Source: a virus | Lineage: Duplodnaviria; Heunggongvirae; Uroviricota; Caudoviricetes | Length of the DNA stretch: 18,175 nucleotides | IMG/VR virus record: IMGVR_UViG_2547132279_000005 | Strand: one strand, 5' to 3' | In this document: positions 10,001 through 17,424 of the stretch, piece after piece | Layout: every line of letters begins with the position of its first letter | How positions within the stretch are numbered: position 1 is the first letter of the stretch | Notes under the pieces: model-generated | What the model saw: the letters and a program-made list of their open reading frames with translations, nothing else | Databases searched by the model: none | Told to the model about the DNA's origin: nothing | Made by a program: the position numbers and the translations under genes

Positions 10001-12844
10001 TCAATCTTTATCGTAAAAACTGCCACGTCCGGCACGGGCGCGCTGTTCCATTTCTGCCCTGACCATTTCACCGACCAGTTTCGCCAGTTCGCGGGGATTC
10101 TGTGTAACAACGTTATGCAGATGAACATGAATTTCACCGCCAAATCCGGAGGCAACAGGCTCCCGGTTACGGGAATTTGCAGGAACTGATGCCACTGGCG
10201 ATCGTATAGCCTCTGCCACCGGGCGGGAGCTGGCCGCAACAACAGGGACCAGCGCCGGAGGCAGCGGAGCCGGAACCACGGGTGTGATAGTAATTGCGGG
10301 GGCAGGCTTACTGACCTGCGCAATCTTCCGCTCCTGCCACTCCCCACGAACAGCAAGTGCGCGGGGCAGGTTCTTAAAGACAATATCACCGGGGCCAATG
10401 CGTTTTTTCGTCTCATCAACCAGCTTACCTGTGTTATCAGCAATTTTGCTGAGTCTGCGTAGCGTACCGGTATTGCTGTCTGTGAGTGGTTTGTTGTCTT
10501 TGGGTTTATCACCTCCGGTGCCATTGCCATTTTCCACAGGCTTCGGCGGATTGATTTTCGCCAGGTCCCCCTGAAGCAAGGCAACCTTGTCCTGAAGAAT
10601 GGCCGCACGCTGTGCGTCTTCGATTTTCTTGCGCGCCCTTTCAGCTTCATCCGGAAGGACGCCAAGTTTTTCAAGTATCCACGCCAGCGTATCCAGTAGC
10701 ATTTTTGCAGGTGTCAGAACAAGCTGTAACGCACCGCCAAGAACGTTACCGAATATCTCGCCAGCACTGGTACATTTATCCAGCGTTTCCTTACTGGACT
10801 CCATCGGTGACAGCAGCGATTTAAACCAGTTAAACACCTGGCTGATCCCGCTTCCGATTGCGTCAAAAACAGGGCCAAACCGTTCAAAGGTTTCGCGCAA
10901 CGGAGCCAGCCGTTCCATAATCCCACTGAACACCCCTGCATAAAACGCCTTGATGGGTTCCCAGTATTTCCAGATGAGAACCGCCGCAGCCACAAACGCA
11001 GCAGCAATCAATCCGACCGGACTGAACAGCGCCCCGATAGCGCCTCCCAGTAACGAAATGGAACCCGTCACCATTCCCCATAATGCAGGCAGAACCCTGA
11101 CAACATTCAATGATCCGGTCAGGAGGGAAAAACCAAGACGCAGTTTTGCCAGTGGGCCAGCAAGCACACCAATAGCCAGCGACAACGAGCCTATGGTTGC
11201 AGTCATTGCCAGCAGAGCACCGCCTGCAACCAGTAGCTGGCGCGTCAGTGCCGGATGGGCCTGCGCCAGCGCCGTCACCTTCGATACCACCCGCGTGAGC
11301 CACTGCGTGACAGAACGCTGCGGACCGTCAATCAGATCTGCAATGCGGATGCGCACCCCTTCCCATGCACTGCCGAGTGATTTCAGATCGCCGTCAAGGT
11401 TGTTGGCCATAACCTTTGCTGTGCGTTCAGCCTCACCGCGCGCGCCTTCAAGTTCTTTTCTCAGTTTGGGTAAGGAGCCGTCACCTGCCGCATCAACGAG
11501 GGCCATAAATGATGTGAAAGCCTCTTCTCCGGCAATATCCTTAAAGAACGATACCCGGTCAACTTCCCCGTATTTGCGGGTGGCTTTATAAAGGTCAGCC
11601 AGCAGATCTTCCATCGGGCGCATTTTGCCGTTCGCGTCAGAGACGGACACGCCCAGCTCTTTCAGCGCCTCTGCTGCTGCCTTTGGCGGTGATGCCAGAC
11701 GAGCCAGGCTGGCACGCATTGCCGTCCCGGCATCACTCCCTCTGATACCCATATTCGCCAGCACGCCAGCCATCGCTGCAGCCTGCTCCAGCGATATTCC
11801 CAGCTTACCCGCCACCGGACCGGCATATTTCATGGTTTCGCCCAGTGCGCGAAGGTCAGTGTTGGTACGGGTAAACGCTGCAGTGAGTGTGTCACCGACC
11901 CGGTCCATCTGGTCAGCAGAAAGGCCGAACTGCGTCAGGATATTTGAGCCAATATCCGCCGTCTCGCCGAGATCCATACCGCCAGCCGTTGCCATGCTCA
12001 ACACGCCGGGAAGCGCAGCCTGAATGGCCTGCGGTGTGAAGCCAGCCATTGCAAGAAATGCCTGCCCACTGGCGGCATCGCCTGCGGTGAACTGCGTTTC
12101 AGAGCCAAGTTTTAACGCCTGCTCACGCAGCGCCTTAAACTGCGGGCTGTTCTGGTCGATTCGCGTCAGCGCCTGAACGCGGGACATCTCTTTCCCGAAC
12201 CCGATTGCGGGCTGCAAAAAACGCCCGGCAGCATAGCCGCCCGCCGCTGCCGCACCAATTGCCAGTACACCACCTGTTTTCAGTTTTCCCGCTGTTTCCT
12301 GCGCACGCGAATACCGCTCACGCGCCCGCGTTACACGCGCAAGCGACTGCCGTTCGCGTTCAAGCTGGTTGTTGTACTGTTCGGTGCGCCTGATGGCCTG
12401 TTGAATGGTGTTATCGCTGCCTGTCAGGGAAATGCCGTGGCGTTTCAGCTCTCCGCCAAGCTCCCGCATTTTCTGAATTTCCCGTATGCGCGATTCATTC
12501 AGGCGTTCAAGCCGGGTGCTTAACTGCTGCATCAGCTTTTGTTGCTTTTCGCTGAGCACTGTACCCGTGCGTTGTAACTGATTAAGGGCGTTAAGCTGGC
12601 GTCGTGCTTTCACGATACCCGCATCCGCTTTACTGACAGCGTCGCGGGCGCGCTCAAATGAACGCGCCTGACGCTCGAGATTTTTGATCGCCCCCTGCGT
12701 TCGCTGGATGGAGTCACCAAACTGCCCCATCAGGCGGCGGGCGTTTTCGGCAGGCCGGGTCAGCCTGTCAACGGCGCTGAAAGCGACCCGGATATCAAGA
12801 GTCTTCATTGTCTGCATTCCCGCTGCGAAGTGCCGCCCGCTCAC
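10001..12844 (-). CDS. T: Tail tape measure protein gpT
   Basis: 947 aa, coiled-coil-rich N-terminus with central hydrophobic and glycine-rich segments, positioned between E/E' and U. The true start may be an internal Met (MQTMK or MKTLD), since the E' frame overlaps the 5' end. Confidence 0.85.
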   Translation of the reverse strand: MSGRHFAAGMQTMKTLDIRVAFSAVDRLTRPAENARRLMGQFGDSIQRTQGAIKNLERQARSFERARDAVSKADAGIVKARRQLNALNQLQRTGTVLSEKQQKLMQQLSTRLERLNESRIREIQKMRELGGELKRHGISLTGSDNTIQQAIRRTEQYNNQLERERQSLARVTRARERYSRAQETAGKLKTGGVLAIGAAAAGGYAAGRFLQPAIGFGKEMSRVQALTRIDQNSPQFKALREQALKLGSETQFTAGDAASGQAFLAMAGFTPQAIQAALPGVLSMATAGGMDLGETADIGSNILTQFGLSADQMDRVGDTLTAAFTRTNTDLRALGETMKYAGPVAGKLGISLEQAAAMAGVLANMGIRGSDAGTAMRASLARLASPPKAAAEALKELGVSVSDANGKMRPMEDLLADLYKATRKYGEVDRVSFFKDIAGEEAFTSFMALVDAAGDGSLPKLRKELEGARGEAERTAKVMANNLDGDLKSLGSAWEGVRIRIADLIDGPQRSVTQWLTRVVSKVTALAQAHPALTRQLLVAGGALLAMTATIGSLSLAIGVLAGPLAKLRLGFSLLTGSLNVVRVLPALWGMVTGSISLLGGAIGALFSPVGLIAAAFVAAAVLIWKYWEPIKAFYAGVFSGIMERLAPLRETFERFGPVFDAIGSGISQVFNWFKSLLSPMESSKETLDKCTSAGEIFGNVLGGALQLVLTPAKMLLDTLAWILEKLGVLPDEAERARKKIEDAQRAAILQDKVALLQGDLAKINPPKPVENGNGTGGDKPKDNKPLTDSNTGTLRRLSKIADNTGKLVDETKKRIGPGDIVFKNLPRALAVRGEWQERKIAQVSKPAPAITITPVVPAPLPPALVPVVAASSRPVAEAIRSPVASVPANSRNREPVASGFGGEIHVHLHNVVTQNPRELAKLVGEMVRAEMEQRARAGRGSFYDKD

Positions 12845-13031
12845 GCCAGCTAACCACTTCGCCGGGCGTCATCATGAAGATTTCGGCGGGCGACCAGTTA
12901 AAAATAACGGCAATATCTGCCACAAAGTCTTCTATGTGCTCAAAGCACACAACCGTGATCAGGCTTCCGTCGCCTGTTCGTTCTTCCCGCCAGAGTCCGC
13001 ACCGCTCAAAAAATTTACGGCAACCACACAT
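12795..13031 (-). CDS. E' frame: C-terminal extension of the tail assembly chaperone, reached by -1 programmed frameshift from E
   Basis: This -1 frame overlaps the 3' end of E and runs into the T start region. The slippery heptamer TTTTTTG is on the coding strand at 13007-13013. Same arrangement as P2 E/E'. Confidence 0.75.
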   Translation of the reverse strand: MCGCRKFFERCGLWREERTGDGSLITVVCFEHIEDFVADIAVIFNWSPAEIFMMTPGEVVSWRERAALRSGNADNEDS

Positions 13032-13324
13032 AACTGAATAAAGTCACGGGATGCCATTTTTTTGATCGTCACTTCATCCAGTCGCGGTGATGTCACGCGT
13101 GACAGCAGCGTAAACATGGATTCCGCTTTCAGACTCAGCACATCAGACAGCGACAAATCTCGCAGAGATCCAGCCTGCTCAATAGCCCCGGTGATCTCCA
13201 CATACGTGATTTTTTCGCCGCTTCGCTCAATTGGTTGGGTAAGTTTTACGCCACGCTCACTGGTTTCTTTCACAGTGTCAGTAACTACCGTGTTTTCGGT
13301 ATCGATGTTTTTCGTCTCTTTCAT
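12959..13324 (-). CDS. E: Tail assembly chaperone gpE
   Basis: 121 aa, acidic, between FII and T. The slippery site lies near the 3' end (...AVNFLSGADSGGKNEQATEA). Confidence 0.8.
   Translation of the reverse strand: MKETKNIDTENTVVTDTVKETSERGVKLTQPIERSGEKITYVEITGAIEQAGSLRDLSLSDVLSLKAESMFTLLSRVTSPRLDEVTIKKMASRDFIQLCVVAVNFLSGADSGGKNEQATEA
13007..13013 (-). promoter_or_regulatory. -1 programmed ribosomal frameshift slippery site (T TTT TTG) for E to E+E'
   Basis: The coding strand reads AAA TTT TTT GAG; the E frame continues N-F-L-S and the -1 frame continues F-F-E-R into the E' ORF. Confidence 0.75.
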
Positions 13325-13378
13325 CAGGAAACTCCTTTCAGTCAGAGGCGACGCACTGCGCCGCCTGCATATTACTTA

Positions 13379-13891
13379 TCAGCCAAGCCCAAGCGCGGAA
13401 CGGATGCGATCGGGCACAATGTCCTTGCCGTCCTTCCGGTAAATGAAGTTCAGCAGGTCAATCTCCCACAACGGGCGATCGTTAACACTCAGCTTGTAGT
13501 AGGTGTTTTTAATGGCATAAGTGTGTGATGTGGCTTCGCCCTGTTTGGCTTCCCCCATATCAATTTCCGTCACACGTCCGCGCATTTCGACTTCATACAG
13601 GTCGCTTTCTGCATCGGTGTAGTATTCACCTGCAAAACGCAGCAGTGTGCCGTCAATCGTGCCGCCATACTTAAGGAACAGCTCACGAACTGCGCCCCCC
13701 ATGACAAAGCTCGCATCAAGCGCGGAGTCGTCCAGGCCGAGATCAATACTTACCGCCCCCATCATGCCACCACCCCGGTAGCTGTCGGTTTTGCGCGTCA
13801 GCTTAGGCAGAGTGACGGACGTCACCTTACCCACTTCGTTTTCACCATCCACAAACAGCGTAAAAAAGCGAAGATGTTTTGGCACAGCCAT
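13379..13891 (-). CDS. FII: Tail tube protein gpFII
   Basis: 170 aa. SVTLPKLTRKTDSYRGGGMMGAVSIDLGLDD matches P2 FII (SVTLPKLTRKLENYRGAGMNGSAPVDLGLDD). Confidence 0.9.
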   Translation of the reverse strand: MAVPKHLRFFTLFVDGENEVGKVTSVTLPKLTRKTDSYRGGGMMGAVSIDLGLDDSALDASFVMGGAVRELFLKYGGTIDGTLLRFAGEYYTDAESDLYEVEMRGRVTEIDMGEAKQGEATSHTYAIKNTYYKLSVNDRPLWEIDLLNFIYRKDGKDIVPDRIRSALGLG

Positions 13892-15075
13892 CAGGCACCT
13901 CCCAGCACCGCAAATGCGGGTTCAAAGTATTCATCAGTAAACGTCTGGTAAAGCTCCATGTCTTCCAGTGGCGGAACGGGCGTATATTTGTAGCGAATAC
14001 GCACACGTCCCTGACGTAAATCCGTGGTGCTGTTATCCACCACGTCATACCAGCACTCCGCGCCAATCAGTTTCCCGGCAGTAACCAGTGAATCCAGTTT
14101 TGCCCTGATGGCACTGATAACATCCTTCACGTTCGCAGGCGTCAGTGGACTGTCGATGGTTTCAAACTGCGCTTCCGCAATTGAATCAGCCAGCACCTGT
14201 GCGGTTCGGGTATACACCTCAAAGATGTAGGCGTTCGTTTCCGGTGTGCGGTTGCCCCAGAAGCGGAACCCGTTGCGACGAATAATGGTCGTGATTTCTT
14301 TGTTGTTGAGGCTGTTGGCATCGCTGTCTTCGGCCTGCAACGACCAGAACACATGCCTCGACATCCCCAGCACATTTTTAACCGGAACGTTGGACAGTGA
14401 TTTGTGCCATCCCTGCTCATGGTCAATGTACGCACGAAGGCCGCACGCATAGGCAGGCGCGGGGAACGTTTCGTTTTTGCCACTTTTCGGGTTGTAGGCG
14501 ATGAAGTCCGGCCATAAGAGCATCACCTCACGTTCGTTGAATTTCTGGCGGTAGGTAATCGCCTCAGCCATCGTGTTACAGCCGTGACATGAGGCATACA
14601 CAAACGCGCGCAGTTTACCTGCAATCACGCACAGGGATTTTGTTACAGCCTCCGTGTCCAGCTCCGGCGCGGCCAGAATACGCGGACGGTATCCGATGCT
14701 TTCATCCTGCTCTGCAACAAGCAGCGCATACATCCCCGTATAGCTGCCGTCATCCTCAGAACCACCGATAACCAGTTGATCCTGCGTCTTTCCGTCTTCT
14801 TCTTTGTGTTCAGCCACGCGAACGACGATCACCTTTGTGCTCACCTGGTCTGCGATGGCCTTAAGCGCACGATAAAGCGTCCCCGTTGTCCCGCATTTTC
14901 CCAGCACGTCATTGACGCGGGTCAGCAGTGTGGGCTTGTTCAGCGGGAACAGCTTCGCGTCCGCATCATCCGCCGTTGCCACGATACCGATAACGCTGGA
15001 ATCAACATCGTTAATCGCTGTTACCAGGTCGGTATTTTCCGTAACACGGGCACCATGAAAACGAGTTTCACTCAT
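13891..15075 (-). CDS. FI: Contractile tail sheath protein gpFI
   Basis: 394 aa with FPLNKP, KLRAF, GWHKSLSNV, IRRNGFRFWGNRT, YTRTAQV and YTPVPPLE, all matching the P2 FI pattern. Confidence 0.9.
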   Translation of the reverse strand: MSETRFHGARVTENTDLVTAINDVDSSVIGIVATADDADAKLFPLNKPTLLTRVNDVLGKCGTTGTLYRALKAIADQVSTKVIVVRVAEHKEEDGKTQDQLVIGGSEDDGSYTGMYALLVAEQDESIGYRPRILAAPELDTEAVTKSLCVIAGKLRAFVYASCHGCNTMAEAITYRQKFNEREVMLLWPDFIAYNPKSGKNETFPAPAYACGLRAYIDHEQGWHKSLSNVPVKNVLGMSRHVFWSLQAEDSDANSLNNKEITTIIRRNGFRFWGNRTPETNAYIFEVYTRTAQVLADSIAEAQFETIDSPLTPANVKDVISAIRAKLDSLVTAGKLIGAECWYDVVDNSTTDLRQGRVRIRYKYTPVPPLEDMELYQTFTDEYFEPAFAVLGGA

Positions 15076-15232
15076 AGCTTCAGCCCCTTGTATCCGTTAA
15101 ATGATTCGGCAACAATCATCACCCACCACGCGCGTAATCTCACCCCTGCGCCGTTCTCCCGTCACGGCGACAACAAAAAGCAGTAACCCCCTCCGCACGC
15201 ACATGCGACCATGCCGCACAGGGAGGGAACAG

Positions 15233-16342
15233 ATGACCGATACCACCATGCAATTGCTCAGTCAGGGCACAGACCCCGTGAAAATGCCGGATTTTGATAT
15301 TCTCGCGGAGGGTAAAACGCTGTCAGGCGTGGCCGAGCGCCTGATGAGCCTGTCACTGACCGACAACCGGGGATTTGAGGCGGACCAGCTCACCATCACG
15401 CTGGATGATGCGGATGGTCAGTTGCAGCTACCGCCACGGGGCGCGCGCCTGACGGTTCTCATTGGCTGGAAAGGAGAACCGCTGACAGAAAAAGGCACTT
15501 ACATTGTTGATGAAATCGCTCACGAAGGACCGCCGGACAGGCTGACTGTTTCAGCCAGAAGCGCAGATTTTCGGGATGAATTTAACGTTAAACGTGAGGT
15601 GTCCTGGCATGATGTGACCATTGAGCGTGTGGTATCCGCCATCGCTCATCGGTATGGTCTGAAACCGCAAATCAGCGAAATGCTGATGGATATCGAAATC
15701 GACCACGCCGACCAGACTGAAGAAAGCGACATGTCCTTCCTTACGCGCATGGCGGAAATGCTGGGCGCAATCACCACGGTAAAAAGCGGTAATCTGTTAT
15801 TCATCATGCCCGGCGGTGGCGTGAACGCACAGGGCCAGCCGTTGCCATCGTTCGCCATCACACGCAGCAGCGGCGATCGCCATCAGTTCCGCATTGCTGA
15901 CCGCGAGGCGTATACGGGGGTACGCGCTTACTGGCTTGATCTTAATTACGGGAAAAAGAAAAAAGTCAGCGTGAAACGCCGCAAACCGCCAAAACCCAAA
16001 AAGGAGAAAAGCAGCAGCCGTGAAGGTGATTATATGGAAGGCGCGGAAGGCAATGTGTTTGTGTTACGCAAGACTTATCAGAACGAGCAGGCAGCAAGAC
16101 GCGCAGCGGCGGCAAAGTGGCAGCAGCTACAACGCGGAGCCGCATCATTCTCCATCACGCTGGCGCGTGGACGCGCAGAACTCTATCCCGAAATGCATGG
16201 CACGGTGAAAGGCTTCAAAAGTGACATCGACAATCAGGACTGGATTATTGCAAAAGCTGAGCACACCATTGATAACAGCGGCTTTACCACACAGCTTGAG
16301 CTTGAGGCAAAAATCCCGGAATGGATAGCGGAAACAGAGTGA
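15233..16342 (+). CDS. D: Tail protein gpD (late control gene D / baseplate hub)
   Basis: LMSLSLTDNRGFEADQLTITLDDADGQLQLPPRGARLTVLIGWKG, RSADFR, SDMSFLTRMAE and a lysine-rich linker followed by EGDYMEGAEGNVF are colinear with P2 gpD. Start chosen at ATG 15233, preceded by GGGAGGG; the ORF track extends upstream to 15101. Confidence 0.85.
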   Translation: MTDTTMQLLSQGTDPVKMPDFDILAEGKTLSGVAERLMSLSLTDNRGFEADQLTITLDDADGQLQLPPRGARLTVLIGWKGEPLTEKGTYIVDEIAHEGPPDRLTVSARSADFRDEFNVKREVSWHDVTIERVVSAIAHRYGLKPQISEMLMDIEIDHADQTEESDMSFLTRMAEMLGAITTVKSGNLLFIMPGGGVNAQGQPLPSFAITRSSGDRHQFRIADREAYTGVRAYWLDLNYGKKKKVSVKRRKPPKPKKEKSSSREGDYMEGAEGNVFVLRKTYQNEQAARRAAAAKWQQLQRGAASFSITLARGRAELYPEMHGTVKGFKSDIDNQDWIIAKAEHTIDNSGFTTQLELEAKIPEWIAETE

Positions 16343-16384
16343 AGAACTTAGAATAGCGGCAGCACCACGTTAAGGGAGGTCGCT

Positions 16385-16645
16385 ATGTTCCGTTGTCCGC
16401 TTTGTGGCGCATCTGCCCGTATCCGCACCAGTCGTCCGGAAAATGATTCAAACACCGTGCGGCAAAAGTATTACCAGTGTAACAACCTGGAATGCGGCGT
16501 ATGCTTCTCAACACTGGAAGCCTTCCATAAATTCACATCGAAACACGCCTCCGGCGTTCACTCATCAGAAGGTATTCCGTGGCATGAGCTGCCAGCTTCA
16601 CACAGGGGAAACAATCAGATGAGTTTGCCTTTACCTCAGAATTAA
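16385..16645 (+). CDS. ogr: Ogr/Delta-family zinc-finger late transcription activator
   Basis: MFRCPLCGASARIRTSRPENDSNTVRQKYYQCNNLEC has the same CxxC...CxxxxC layout and ARTSR motif as P2 Ogr (MFHCPLCQHAAHARTSR...YHQCQNVNC). Preceded by an AGGGAGG Shine-Dalgarno sequence. Confidence 0.85.
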   Translation: MFRCPLCGASARIRTSRPENDSNTVRQKYYQCNNLECGVCFSTLEAFHKFTSKHASGVHSSEGIPWHELPASHRGNNQMSLPLPQN

Positions 16646-16718
16646 CAGGCAGAATTGCCGGAGTAACAAAAAAGCGATAGATTACGCGCGGGTGCCTTTC
16701 GGCTGATGGTCGGAGGGA

Positions 16719-16916
16719 ATGCCCGAAGGCCAGATGTGGAAAGGCCCCGGAAAACATCTCTGTTTAACCGAGGCCCTAACCGTCTACCTAGCAAGTGATA
16801 GGTTAGCGCCTCCCCGAAAAAGGAGCAAGCGCTATGTCGCAAAAATCGCTTACAGCCATCACGTTCTGTGTGACGGCAATCCTCATCATCTGGATGCTGC
16901 ACGGCTCGCTGTGTGA
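16719..16916 (+). CDS. mok-like overlapping reading frame upstream of and overlapping the hok-like gene
   Basis: A 65-codon ORF begins 115 nt upstream of the hok-like start and overlaps it in another frame, as mok does in hok/sok loci. There is no independent sequence support. Confidence 0.35.
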   Translation: MPEGQMWKGPGKHLCLTEALTVYLASDRLAPPRKRSKRYVAKIAYSHHVLCDGNPHHLDAARLAV

Positions 16917-16974
16917 AATACGGATGAACTTCTGGGGAGCGGAGTTTGCGGCGTTCTTACAGTGTAAACAGTAA
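16834..16974 (+). CDS. Hok/Gef-family type I toxin (small membrane protein)
   Basis: The 46-aa product MSQKSLTAITFCVTAILIIWMLHGSLCEIRMNFWGAEFAAFLQCKQ has an N-terminal transmembrane segment and the family motifs SLCE(I/L)R and AAFL.CK (compare Hok RKSLCEIR; HokA ...WMIRDSLCEL...ELAAFLACK). SD is AAGGAG. A 9-bp-stem hairpin at 16984-17007 lies just downstream. Confidence 0.75.
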   Translation: MSQKSLTAITFCVTAILIIWMLHGSLCEIRMNFWGAEFAAFLQCKQ

Positions 16975-17064
16975 GGAAACCGCGACGGGGGAAGAGATTC
17001 CCCCGTCAATCGGTTGCCAGGGTAAGGTCGATAAGGCACCCTATCTCACAGACATGAACAACAA

Positions 17065-17098
17065 ACCCGCAGCGTAAAAACTGCGGGTTTTCTTTTTG
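17065..17098 (+). terminator. Rho-independent terminator downstream of the hok-like gene
   Basis: ACCCGCAG-CGTAAAAA-CTGCGGGT stem-loop followed by TTTCTTTTTG. Confidence 0.75.
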
Positions 17099-17144
17099 CT
17101 ACCCTCACAAATGAGGGCACCATACATAAGCAATAGGCATAACA

Positions 17145-17182
17145 GATCGATGCAATAAATCCGATCGATAAAAACGATCGAT
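17145..17182. promoter_or_regulatory. Cluster of three GATCGAT motifs (Dam GATC sites) in the com-like promoter region
   Basis: GATC at 17145-17148, 17163-17166 and 17176-17179, each within GATCGAT, spaced 18 and 13 bp apart, 45-80 bp upstream of the com-like start. Confidence 0.6.
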
Positions 17183-17226
17183 TTGTTATCATATCGGCAG
17201 CAGTAACCACACAAGAGGTGCCGCAA

Positions 17227-17424
17227 ATGACGCAAAATGTACGATGCAAAAATTGCAACAAACTACTTGCCCGCGCCTCATTTCACTACATTGAAATAAA
17301 ATGTCCGCGCTGCAAAACACTTAACCAGATAACGAGAGCCATCGAGCACCCCACACACATGAGGAGTTATGACCGTGGGGATCGCAATCCAGCACCAACC
17401 AGCACATACACCGGAACACACTAA
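17227..17424 (+). CDS. com: Com-like zinc-finger translational regulator (Mu Com homologue)
   Basis: MTQNVRCKNCNKLLARASFHYIEIKCPRCK matches Mu Com (MKSIRCKNCNKLLFKADSFDHIEIRCPRCK), with four Cys in a CxxC...CxxC layout. SD AAGAGG lies 9 nt upstream of ATG 17227. The 3' end overlaps the methyltransferase start. Confidence 0.85.
   Translation: MTQNVRCKNCNKLLARASFHYIEIKCPRCKTLNQITRAIEHPTHMRSYDRGDRNPAPTSTYTGTH
17349..17380 (+). promoter_or_regulatory. RNA hairpin enclosing the methyltransferase Shine-Dalgarno sequence and start codons (candidate Com target)
   Basis: CCCCAC (17349-17354) and GTGGGG (17375-17380) are exactly complementary. They flank GAGGAG (17361-17366) and ATG 17369, and the in-frame GTG 17375 is part of the 3' arm. 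Confidence 0.45.

Noticed and set aside
9985-11591. Several long ORFs overlapping the tape measure gene (9985..10674 minus; 10599..10943 and 10950..11591 plus, among others)
   Set aside because: They are alternative-frame or antisense ORFs within the 947-codon T gene. Their products are proline/serine/arginine-rich, typical of off-frame translation of GC-rich coding DNA.
15101-15232. Upstream extension of the D ORF starting at 15101
   Set aside because: The 44-codon extension (MIRQQSSPTTRV...) has no counterpart in P2 gpD, whereas ATG 15233 is preceded by a GGGAGGG Shine-Dalgarno sequence. The extension would also overlap the FI start.
9464-15232. Invertase-mediated inversion of the FI-U block via secondary gix-like sites at its junctions
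   Set aside because: No sequence resembling the 26-bp gix site (AAACC..GGTTT core) is visible at 9464-9499 or 15076-15232. The only shared motif (GTTAAAT) is short and in direct orientation. The cause of the inverted arrangement remains open.
16404-16622. 72-aa plus-strand ORF overlapping ogr in another frame
   Set aside because: It is fully contained within the Ogr-like gene, which carries the recognisable zinc-finger motif.
16646-16833. Possible tRNA or integration site between ogr and the hok-like gene, where P2 has attP and int
   Set aside because: No cloverleaf with a conserved T-loop (GTTCGAATC-like) could be recognised by eye. The region is instead occupied by the hok leader and mok frame. 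A dedicated tRNA search was not run.
16803-17261. Minus-strand ORFs (16803..17039, 17041..17235, 17046..17261) antisense to hok and across the hok-com intergenic region
   Set aside because: They overlap the hok coding region, its terminator and the GATC cluster, and have no SD or recognisable motif. The region is better explained by RNA and regulatory elements. A short antisense Sok-like RNA remains possible but would be non-coding.
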